DNA from: Mobula hypostoma
Lineage: Eukaryota
DNA: 64,000 nucleotides
Assembly: GCF_963921235.1 (NCBI RefSeq)
Contig: NC_086106.1
Coordinates: 22,878,001-22,942,000 of the forward strand
Reading direction: 5' to 3'
The first letter of the stretch is position 1, and each line of letters begins with the position of its first letter. The translations under genes were made by a program, and so were the position numbers. Positions 53,501-64,000 of this stretch are shown piece after piece. The notes beneath the pieces are model-generated. The model saw only the letters and a program-made list of their open reading frames with translations, was not told where the DNA came from and did no database searches.

Positions 53501-54439
53501 AACTGAAGAAACCCGGTTCAAGCCATTTTATTAAACTCCTTCCGTCAACGAAGTCAAACCAAATGGAGCAGTGCAGCAAGGAATGATGGTAATTCTCTGT
53601 GAAGCGCATTCCAATGTATGCAGTAACAACTTCTCAATCGCTGGCGACTGTTGTTTTCTACTTCCAACTCGGAATAGGAAAATGTCACTTTCACAGATAT
53701 AAATGTTCCGCCCTGCTAGCTTCAGTTTCTGCAAGTGATGCTGTCGAGCTGATAACTTGCAAACAGCGTGGAAAGAATAACTTTCTTTCAGAGCAAAGGG
53801 ATACCTGGTGCTTAATGGTTTAAAGTGGGTATCAAACAGAGATCGCCGTAGGAATCAGGGTCGGGCATTCAATCCAAAATTCCCCAAAACAAAAATGCCA
53901 TCAACAGTGCTGAGTGGGGCTGACCCAACGTAAAAGGAGATCCAGAATAGCAGCAAGACAGCAAAGTTATCAGCCGCCTCTAGACCGAGTGGTAGAAGCT
54001 ACATTCTGTAAGAAATGTCCAAATCGGCTCCGATGTGTGTCGAAGATAAAGGGGAAAATGTGTACTAAAGGCTCTATCGCTATAAGCTGGAGAATTGTTA
54101 AAGGATGCCTGCCCCCAAGAAAAAAATGATTTCTCTGCCATCATCCCGTTTATAACAGTCCTCCTCCTCAGCGAGAAGTGCAGAGTATTCTTCTCGATGC
54201 CTGCGAGAACGCTAGCCTCTTAATTCTATTTTGTTATTTTGCCATCTACATCTCCAATTTAGATTTTGCTGGCTCGTGCTTTTTGGACACTTGTTGTCAT
54301 TTATTAAAAAAAAAAAACACATGCTGTATTACAAAACTAATTTCGTTCCGCTACAAATTCCTTTGCTCTCAGTTTTCCTGTAACGAAATTCCCTCAATGG
54401 AGACGCACCATCTCAGCACCTCCACATGAAAAGTGACAT

Positions 54440-56580
54440 CCCGACTTCTTTCAGTATTTCTTGAATACATCTCAATGATCAGCAACTTGCTTCGTGAGGC
54501 CAGGCAATTAAAAGGTTAACTAGCAGTCATCTGGTTATACCTCGCCAACGCCGACGGTTCAATAGAACGAGTCCTCAACCAGACAGGTTTGGACCACTAC
54601 TATGTCCTACCAGTTAGGCAAGACATGACTATCATTTACGTAGGAGGACTGCGCTTCAGTTCAGCCCATCGTACATTCAGGTAGCAAGCCGTCTAAAAAG
54701 GGATTCCAATCGGCTGCACAATCTCCGCCACCTTGATTTTCTTGGTTTTCTAGCTTCTCATATTAGCAGCAACAGACGTAACCTGTGGCCCTCTCTTGTA
54801 GCCCAGAATTTGGGTGTTCGCAAATGACATCACAATAACCACAGCAACCCATGTCCATGCAAAATAGATATCGAAAACCCTGGACAACTGTGCTGGGATG
54901 ACCAGGCAGCTATGCGATTAGCCAAGAGGTCCAGACACACGGTGATCAGGAAAGGCTAGGCTACGAGTTTGTTGTGAAGAAAGACGTTTCGTCGACTGAG
55001 GACAACTCAGTGAAATGTCTCGCAAAGCTGTTTAATGCAGCAATGCGAGACAGCGTCTACATCACCAACACACTAATGCAGACCGAAGAGTTTCTGTAGC
55101 AGATTGACAGGCCTGGACTGACAGGTAAATTTAAGACATGCCGTAACAAAAATGGAGACACTCCATGTCTCATCTGGCTTTTGGAGTTGTATGTGTCCCC
55201 CAGGGCCACTGTAAAATGCATCAAGACGATAGTCAGCAAGAACTTGAAGAGGAGGCTGGACATTCTCCTATCGTTTTCCTCAGTGGCACAGGCCATATGA
55301 ACAGGCCTTCTACAACTCCGATTGTTATCTGTAGTAGAGGACATCAAGGTAGCAATGTGTAGAGTTGTGTTAGCAGTCGGGGACTCCATCACAAGCGAAT
55401 AAACCAAGTGAGAGTAACAAAACGATCGTCAAAATTGGACGGTCAACGCGGCGATAGACAAGGCAGTGAGAATTCAGCAATTGGATTATATCATTAGCAA
55501 AACATTCGGGAGACGGCAAGGCCCTGGCTACCCATATTTTCCTCTATGGAGCAATGCAATTGCACGGGGTTGGTGTGACACGGAACCGTGAGGACGAAAA
55601 ACTTTCATCAAGGACATTATTGTTGGGCTCGGTAGATGCCTGGACGAAATGGGTTCTTAACAAGCGTAAGATTATTGAACTGAGTTTAGAGACTGGAGCC
55701 TTTGCCTTTCCTTTCCGGCATGCTGTCAGTTTCCAACAGTCTCCCTACACTATTCAGTTGAATGCAAGGTTGTGAGAGATAACCATAACTGCCATCTTTG
55801 TAGTCTGTGGGATATACGGACGCCAGGTATCCAAAGATGCAAAACAGCTTTAACGCAAGACGGTATCGGTAGCACCAGGATAAAGTCCCGCTGTCCCGTC
55901 CTGACACAGTGGAACGACAGAGGAGTGAAAGGAGACCAGGTGGCGGAAGCAGAAAGAGGGCAGTCATTTCCATCGAGGAGAGGCAATGTAGTGCCACCAA
56001 AAAAGCATAAGTCGAATCTGCTGCAAACTGCCAACTGATAGAAGATGAAGGTTGATGTAATGAGGAAGTTAAATTTCATGGAGTTCGTACAAATCAGAAA
56101 TAGTGCTGGGGACTCAAAATAGAACAAATATAAAGGCAAAACATCAACCTGGTGAAGAGCACAGTAGCGTGGGTGGACGGATGCGAGGAGGTTCACAAGA
56201 GGAAGGCCCTGCATTACTAGTGCGTGAGCGGACGGAGAAAGGTTGTCAGACATGGCTATTTTCTGTGGAAATCAGCTGTGGAGTTTCCACGACAGGGTCA
56301 GCTTGGAAGTTTCTGCCTGCGCTGGACCTTAACGGAAAGACCAAGAACTAGTAGCTTACCTTCTGGGGGAGGAAACAGACAGAGCTTCTTTCTGGAGATA
56401 GTACAGCAGTGAGGTGTTCATCTGGAAGTCACGATTTCCTGGGCAGTGACTTCGTGCCCCGCCAACTGGAGAGCGGAGTAATTAGCGCAGAAACACACGA
56501 TGGAAGCTGGGCAACACCTGACGACATATTCTCCTGGTCAAAGGCTACAGTTACGTCACCAGTTAACTGAAGAGAGTGCC
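54440..56580 (+). mobile_element. Heavily decayed HERO-like (R2 superfamily, restriction-like endonuclease) non-LTR retrotransposon
   Basis: Ordered motif relics across frames: NDITITTATHVHA (about 54822), GLTGKFK (about 55115), VEDIKVAMCR (about 55335), GRRQG, CKTALTQ..RYR.HQDKV (about 55838-55890) and PDDIFSWS (about 56517). These match remembered HERO RT and endonuclease motifs. Confidence 0.65.
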
Positions 56581-56614
56581 TGGTGTATAACGCAGGTAGT
56601 TTGATCCTCATTAG

Positions 56615-57272
56615 CATGGATGGATGAGAGAAGGACTGTGTGCGTCATATACGTAGAGGTGTAGTATGAAATGATGCGCGTCACTGGCAGAAGTGAAGGG
56701 TATGGAAGCTGCATATATCGCCGCACGGTCAGGATTGCCGTGAGACAATCTCGGCCTGAGATATTATTGCTTATAATATGTAATGGCGCACAGTTATTAA
56801 TTGTTCTCGTGCGGAAGGACTTAGAACGAGGTGGAGTAGAGATGAATCACCGTGCACCATCGAGGTTCAGAGAGCAGAACTGCCAAACTGGCATTTATGT
56901 TCGGTATAACCGGAGAAATGGGTTGTGCTATCCAGCTAAAATCTCGCATATCGTGCACAGACCACCAAACATCCGGGTGCCTGCATTTGGAATGGGACAT
57001 ATTTTGCCTAAATTTGAGATCCTTCAGACGATTTATCATATCACTCCAGTATCGGTACATGGTTGGATGAGTGAAGGACTCGCTACGTCATATACGTAGA
57101 GACATATTATAAAATGACACGTGTGGCAGGCAGCGGTGAAGGGTACAGCAGCTGCTTATTTCGATGGACCGTCAGTATAGCCCTGAGAAAATCTCGTCCA
57201 GAAATATTATTGTTCATTTTACGGAAAGGCGCGGAGATGTTGACTGTGGATCTGCGCAGGGGCCTGGAGCGC
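56615..57272 (+). repeat. Two gapless diverged copies of a 215-bp segment at 443-bp spacing
   Basis: 56615-56829 aligns without gaps to 57058-57272 (about 77% identity over the first ~150 nt by hand count). Confidence 0.9.
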
Positions 57273-58299
57273 CAATCAGAACGGTGCCCGGAATTTGCAA
57301 TTTTAACCGTTTCACAACCTGACTCAGATATTTAAGGTTAGAGTGGTCTTTATTCCCAGGGATACATGATATCCTGTCTAATGCTCCTCCAGGAAATAAT
57401 TTATCTTAATTCGGCGGTTACCCCTTCAGGGTTAAAAAAAAAAGTCACTGAAAGCAGAGATGAAAAAGCCCACCGTAATGTTCCTTGGCTTTTCCTTACT
57501 TCAAACATTAATATAAATTAGTATGCTACTTCTGGTAATTGATAAATATAATGAATGTTTGTAGCAGAAAAGATCAAATCTGTTCCAGTTGCATTCCTGC
57601 ACTATTTTCCCACGCATCTTTAAAACGCAAAATCTAATCTGATACGAGCTCACCCTTTTTCGTTTCCATCTCGTGACCGCCGCAAAATCAGTTTGATGCT
57701 TGGGCCAACTATCATTGTTTCAATGGTCTGTTCTAATCATATGTGTCTGCATACTGACGTTCCGTTCCCCTCCATCTGCCTTCCGTGCCCAATCCCCATT
57801 TGCTCCTCGGGGTACGTGAATCGTTGTACCATGATGTACCGCCCATTCCATACCCGAATCGCTGTGTCCTGCTACTGCTGTTCTCCAAACGTTCGACGTC
57901 AGTGCGTGACCATGACTCACTTCAAAAGAAAAATTATTCTCAGAAGCATGTCTGCTATTCCCAATATCTGAGGTGCTGCTGTACTGACCCACTGCATCAG
58001 CCGCCCCTTCTGCAACTTTCAACAAACACTGGGCGTGTGTTTTGACGTTTGGAATGAATTGTGGATAACGGAATCTTAAGAATAAAGAAGCACACCTGCG
58101 CCTCTTTCTGTGTGTTTCAAATGCTGAACCGATAGTCTAATTGGATATAACAAATTACAGCACACTTACATATTTAAGTCCTTCATTAAAGCCGGACTCA
58201 TTTATATGCTTTCTTTCTAGCTCCCTTTGCAATCTCAACCCACATATTGGCTTCTATTCGGAGGCTTATATTTCATTCCCAAATGTGTGTGTGTGTGTT

Positions 58300-61200
58300 T
58301 TCTCTCTTCTTGCAACTTATTAACCCCACCATGGAAGATTCAATATTCACTGACCATAATACCAGCTTTATAAAGATGTAATTCCGTCTCATCCAATCCA
58401 CCAATCCACCGCTTTTGTCTTCCTTTCTGCCTTTTCGATACAGAGTACATTACTTGATTTTAAATTCCCAAATATGGCACTCTTTTTGCCACGACTTAGT
58501 GAAGTCCACATTTTCATACCAGTCAATACTTAATTAAGCCAAAAATTCATCCATCATATTCAGAAGGCTGCGAGCATTGAAATACCGATCCTTCAGTGCT
58601 GCATTGTTCGGTCTTTTTTTTTTTGCTGCCTCTGTTTCACTGTCAACTTTTTGCTCTCTGCATGTACACCCGATCTTTGGTTTGTCTTTTTTATTTTACG
58701 TCCATGTTACAAGCATCATCTACCTGTAAACCTCTGACTCATCCTCAGCTCGATCTACCTGTTTCCCATATCCCTGCCATACTATTTTTAAATCTACCTG
58801 CAAGAATATTTCCCTGTTCGGATTCAGATAAACCCATCCATTTTTTTTACAAGTGCCATATGCCTCAGAAGAGATATCAATTATCGTTAAACCAGAATCT
58901 TTGCCTCCTGCTCCAATTGCCAAACATGCATTTAAATGCCATATTTTTCTATTCCTATGCTCAATGTCGCGCGGCACAGGCAGCAATCTCGAGATTACTA
59001 CACTTAAGGTCCTGCTACTCAGTTTCGTTCAGAACTCCCTATTTTATTTTTTTTCCGGAACTCCTCCAGGTTTTCTGTTTCTCTGTCGTTGATACCAATT
59101 GGTACCCACAATTCTGGCTGATCAGACTCTTTTTCATATCTTCTGGACGCGTCCAGATGCATTTATGACCCCACGACCGGTGAGGCAAACTGCATTCCAT
59201 GTTTTCCTTTGTCGACCATAAAATGTCTTATCTGATCCCTGACAATACTGCCCAATGTTACTGCTGTTTTCATCTTCAGTTCCTTACTCTTCTGAACCAC
59301 AAGGCCAAAGTCTGTGCGAGAAGCTCAGCCGCTGTTGCTTTTCCCAGTTAGGCAGATATTCCCGCACAGTACTCAAAATGAATAACTTATTGTTGAGGTG
59401 TGCTCACCACTATCTGTTTTTATCTCTTCCCTCTTCTGACAATCACATTAATCTATCTCCTGTTGAGTTGGTGTGACTGCTTCTCCTGTCACTCATTATT
59501 TCACTTTCCCTAACAAAGCGAAGTTCATCGAGCTACAGGTCCAGCTCCCTTATACGGACTCTACCGATCTGCTTTTCAATGCACCTGGCGCAGATGCAGT
59601 TATCGGAGAGGCTGGAGATCTGCTGAAAATACCACAACTGACACCCGGAACAGAACACCGGCCATGTAGAAATACCCACTGTTCTCTCTACAGTTGAAGA
59701 ACAAATAAGGAATGAGCTTACATAGACTCCGCCTGTACCGGACGAAACCTTTCTGAGCCAAAAACTTACAGCTATGCATCACACTATTCCCACAACGACT
59801 GCTCCTACGATGACCAATTTGCTTGGCAGTACCCACTTTTCGGCACTGGGTTCCCCGCCTTAAATCTTTGGTGAAGCTGCGCGGGCACCAACCTGTTGGT
59901 TCAGGGCAGTACTCCAATCAACGACGCCTCTGCAAAACCTTGCAGCGCTTTTAATAAATGTGCCCGTCCTGCGCGGGACCGCTCCCGTTGCGACAGCTCA
60001 ATAGACCAATGAACTGCGTGAATTGTCCCTAGATTGAATGCCGACTTCAGTTTCCCGATTAGTTGACGGAGGTCCATACTAACCAATGAAATATAGAGTT
60101 TACACATGAGAATATACCGATTCATGTGATCAGTTTAATAATGAAGAGCTCTCAAAGGCACGTCACAATCTTATCAGCTCCTATTGCTGGTAATTTTTGT
60201 GTTGGCATGTTGCTACGTAATATTCCGGCAGATTTGTAGTTCATTCTTCAGCACTCCTTGGAAAAGTGCTTTAAACAAGCGACAATCTATTCTTTCAGAT
60301 TTACTTTGCTTGTCCAGATGATATCCATGGGGATTATATCTTATAATATACCTATCGGATCAGGCGCCGTTCTACTTCTCCTTGTCTCTCACCTGTGCAT
60401 ACCAAAGCTCCCGTTAATCTTTGAATGAATTTCTTGCACCAGGTTGATTTTTTAATGGATAAATCAGCATTTATTCCTGTACAAGGCGTTTGAATGTGGT
60501 TAGAATTAAGAGCACATATAACTGCCTCAAGAACTGTGATATTCCCGTCCTACTCATTATAGCACTTCTTAGTAAACCAACTAATTTCAGACGATGTTTG
60601 ATGAATATACGTTCGTTAAATTTATTAAAGTTGATTACGATAACATCAGCATTTCGTTTTATTAAAATGGTGTAGCGAAGACTCAATCGAAAGCTCAGAC
60701 ATCGAAACTACGACAACACAATGACAACGGCACATTGATACTTGTGAAGATCAGATAACAAACTACGTGTACCATATATCCTTGGTTGGATTACAAAGAA
60801 CGCAAATAAAGATTTCATGATACAATCGTATACAAAGTTACAGCAACGCTGAATTTAAGAGCCACCAATGCATTATAACTTAGAAAAGTTGCGGACACTT
60901 GTGATGAAATTGTGGCAGGAAAAAGGCACCGTCACCAGGATCTGAATTGTGCCTGAACACATGGATTCACAAAGGAATTGTCTCGTTTAGAAAATTACGA
61001 TTCTATATGACGATTGGGTCTACTTGCCTGCAGAGACCAGAAGTGTAAACACACGGAAATATATCAGATAAGGACGGATAAGACGAAATGTCATGTAAAA
61101 TGCATTTGCAATACTTTCACAGTCTTGATGAGAACAGAAGAGGGTGTAGTGTTAAGTGACGAGAAGCAAATTTAAAGGGGAACTTCAACATAAATGACAT

Positions 61201-61400
61201 ACTTTTTTTAATCTGCAAAGAACGTGGTTGATATCTCTAATTCACAGTCAGTAAGGGTGATATAAACGGGTGCATTTACTGCAGTTTGGGTGATTAATTT
61301 GACTAAGGACAGAGGGTGTATACGGAACGTAGGAAGATGGAGTTGGGATGGAATGACATAAACAAGTTTATCTGTTCATGGTGTACTGAAGTTACCCATT
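58300..61400. mobile_element. Very old CR1-like fragments (minus at about 58300-59600 and 60470-60690; plus at about 60900-61400)
   Basis: Faint endonuclease and RT-like relics only, for example ADVIVINFNKF..., resembling VDVIYLDF.KAF. Confidence 0.4.
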
Positions 61401-62425
61401 TTTTTGACGTGCTTTGTTTGGACTCTAAGAATCATGACATTTGCTCAGTTTTGTGTAATGGAATATTGAAACAATCCAAAGCCGACGTAGACTAAATTAA
61501 AAGTTTAGAACTTTATTTGTGCAATTTATCTCTTCAACATAGTCGGCAATGGTTGGTTTCCTGCTAAAGACAACACCAACCTCCTAGCTTCGGACTTTGT
61601 ACATATATTATACATATATATATATATATCATCTCCGTTTTGTTTTAGTACGAAATCATAAGAAGGGATTTTTCATATTACCATCTTTGCTTTGAGTCTT
61701 ATATGCAGCTGAAACTTTTGATCTGAGGAAGTAACTTATGTCCGGTCGCGACCTATCTGTCAACTTTCAGATGATTGGTTGTGCTGAGGAATAAAGAAGT
61801 AGAACAGGATTACATAGAGTAAGAAACGGATTTGATGGGGACTTGGAGAAACAAAGCGTTTCGTTAAAAATCCACAGTGAACAGACCACAGGCACGCTGG
61901 TCCTATGTATGTTTCTTTTTGCTGCAGCGCTTCTGATAGGCAAGTTTTTCAACATTTTCACATCGTTTTCCTCACCGTGCAACACAGGATGATTATTAAT
62001 AAATACCAATAATGCAATATTGTCCCTTTAGCGGGACAGGATTTGGGATGACGAAAGTAATATGGATCCAGATCTCCTGCAAGTGGTAATAGAATGTTTA
62101 GTGTGTATTGCGAGACCAACAACAGGTGAATCCTCCTCACTCCTTGGCAGGGAAGCATTTTCTTTTTTTTTTTTTTGTCCTGCGATGGAAAAGGGACGAG
62201 AACCCGCTAATGGAGGCTATTGAAAGTTTTTACAAAAGTAAAATTTCATTCAGCCTTTTCTGCCATCCCAGCTAATTTATAAGGGAGAAATACTTCGACG
62301 TCACATTGTTATCCCAATCAGTTGCCCCCGGACAGTACTAAGCACAACAGTATGCTTCGGATATATGCGAGCAGAATTCTGATATTCTTTGATTAAAATT
62401 TTGAAATCATTTTTGACAATAACAG

Positions 62426-62732
62426 GACATTCCCGAGGCGATGCCGTTTATCAGTCACTTGCTCTCACCACTGTCGCCGAAGGGGAAGTTGCAGTGCTAA
62501 ACTGTAACTGTAAAACTGAAAGCCCGGACAACCCTGTATTAATCTGGTACCGTCAGTATCCCGGAGGTTCGCTGGAGTTTCTGTTGCTCCGTACGAAATT
62601 CGATGGCCACCGAAATAATATTCTCCGACAACGGTTTACGGCGCAGCTGAATGATTCGAGCGGAACGTTCCCACTGACAAAATCCGAAACACATCTCGGA
62701 GACACAGCATTGAATTGCTGTGCTCTTAGGCT
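62426..62732 (+). pseudogene. Atypical TCR alpha/delta V segment (open V exon, uncertain leader; ORF or pseudogene)
   Basis: Acceptor AACAG|GA is phase 1. The exon reads GHSRG-DAVYQ...AEGEVAVLNCNC...LIWYRQYPGGSLEFLLL...QRFTAQ...GDTALNCCALR with no stops. Both canonical Cys and the Trp are kept, but YYC is replaced by NCC. It ends CALR + 2 nt, exactly like the 50-kb V. Confidence 0.85.
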
Positions 62733-62771
62733 CACAGGGGTACAGAATTAGACGGAACCGGTACAATAACT
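62733..62771 (+). other. Recombination signal sequence, 23-bp spacer, partly degenerate
   Basis: CACAGGG + GTACAGAATTAGACGGAACCGGT (23 nt) + ACAATAACT. Confidence 0.85.
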
Positions 62772-63197
62772 ACTTGGGTTTTCTGGAGGCAGCTGAGTGT
62801 ATCTGCGGTTTTCTGAGCATCTATAGATCCTTGGACATCCCGACATACAGGCAAATAACAATGCATTTCCTGAAGTTATTATCCAACAGATTGTGTCACC
62901 GTAATCATGTTACTGCTCAATCTGTTCAAATGCGCATCCGCCTACCAAAATCCCGCCGATAATCATTCATACCACCAAAGAAGCAACAACCTGCTATTGC
63001 ATTTCTCTCACTGTTTCGAAGAAGAGCCTACTTCCCTTGCAACGTGGAGGATGCCCACTGTTGAAGAAATGCCGTTTATTATCCAGTAACACTGTTACGT
63101 TGAAATTTCACTGTTTAGGTAATCTGTTATTACTTGCAGTTTTTAATATGTCAATTTATTGTTAAATTTGTTTTTACTGCTGAACATTTTCTGTCAG

Positions 63198-63400
63198 AGC
63201 GATACTGTTGCGCCCTACTTTGGCTTGCTAGAAAACAACAACCTAACATCGCCGGATTGTGGCCCCACTCTAAGAAATAGATGGGTGCACTGGTACAGGA
63301 CGAAATTGCATTTTAATTTGCAGTTCACCCTTGCTAAGTACCACAGAGTCAATCCAGGAAGATGCAGTTTACAGAGTAATCGTTACAACTTGTTTGCTCA
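63198..63400 (+). pseudogene. Probable degenerate V-segment 5' fragment truncated by a CR1
   Basis: Acceptor-like TTTTCTGTCAG, then SDTV...ENNNLTSPDC...VHWYR...LQF (Cys, Trp and LQF in V order). CR1 sequence starts at about 63405, and there is no second Cys or RSS. Confidence 0.45.
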
Positions 63401-63404
63401 GAAT

Positions 63405-64000
63405 TCGTCATCAATCGTTGATTTGAATTTTGGAGACGAGAGGTAATGTTGCAGCTATATAGGACTCTGGTCAGACCCTACTTAGCGTACTGTAGGGTTC
63501 TCGTCGCCTCACGACAGGAAGAATGTGGATGTCATAGAAGGGTGCAGGGAAGTTTTACAAGGATGTTGCCTGATTGAGGAGAATCTCTTATGAAAACAGG
63601 TTGAGTCAACTCGGCCTTTTCTCCTTGGAGAGACGGAGGATGAGAGGTGACCTGATAGAGGTGTATACGATGATGCGAGGCATTCATCTTATCGATAGTC
63701 AGAGGTTTTTTCCCAGGGCTGAAATGGTTGACATAAGAGAACACCTGTTGAAGGTTCTCGGGACTAGGTAGAGAGGAGATGTCAGTGGTAAGTTGTTGTT
63801 GTTTATTTTTCTTAAAGAGTGGTGAGTGCATGGAGTAGGCTGCCTGTTATCGTCGTGGAGGCGGATACGATAGGGTCTTTTAAGATACTTTTGTATAGGT
63901 ACGTGGATTTTAGAAAAATAAAGGGCTATGGTAAAGTCCAGTAATCTCTAAGGTAGGGACATGTTCGGCACAAGTTTGTGGACCAAAGGGCCTATATTGT
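63405..64000 (+). mobile_element. CR1 3' fragment
   Basis: EVMLQLYRTLVRP and SYENRLSQLGLFSLERRRMRGDLIEVY motifs. Confidence 0.92.

Noticed and set aside
53690-53860. ASVSASDAVELITCK...W, V framework-1-like
   Set aside because: The acceptor phase is wrong, there is no leader donor, a stop follows shortly, and there is no framework 3 or RSS.
57892-62303. TTCGACGTCA (CRE-like) at 57892 and 62294
   Set aside because: A shared 10-mer is expected by chance in 64 kb, and the second copy lies in the putative V intron rather than a promoter.

Overview
Eukaryotic, repeat-dominated DNA. The CR1 LINE types (SGNH-esterase ORF1, CTATGTT-type tails), Penelope-like fragments and V-gene style suggest a cartilaginous fish, probably a ray; this taxon call is inference. 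The window appears to lie in the variable (V) region of a T-cell receptor alpha/delta locus. It holds one intact V gene on the minus strand (leader exon 50516-50471, V exon 50373-50067, 23-bp-spacer recombination signal, RSS, at 50066-50028). A second, atypical V with a 23-RSS lies on the opposite strand (62426-62771), followed by a probable V fragment cut by a CR1 (63198-63400). Most of the rest is nested retroelements. A minus-strand Gypsy (about 8390-18900) carries three insertions in its pol gene, and a chromodomain Gypsy spans 29422-34514. There are also three related long LTR-like elements with different internal minisatellites, many CR1 pieces, Rex1/Babar, L2/Crack and Penelope fragments, and a decayed HERO-like non-LTR element. 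Two assembly gaps are present. The least explained features are the opposite orientation of the V genes, a gapless 215-bp duplication with a coding-like substitution pattern at 56615-57272, and weak V-like relics. No J, D or C segments were found. All family assignments come from remembered motifs; no database searches were run.
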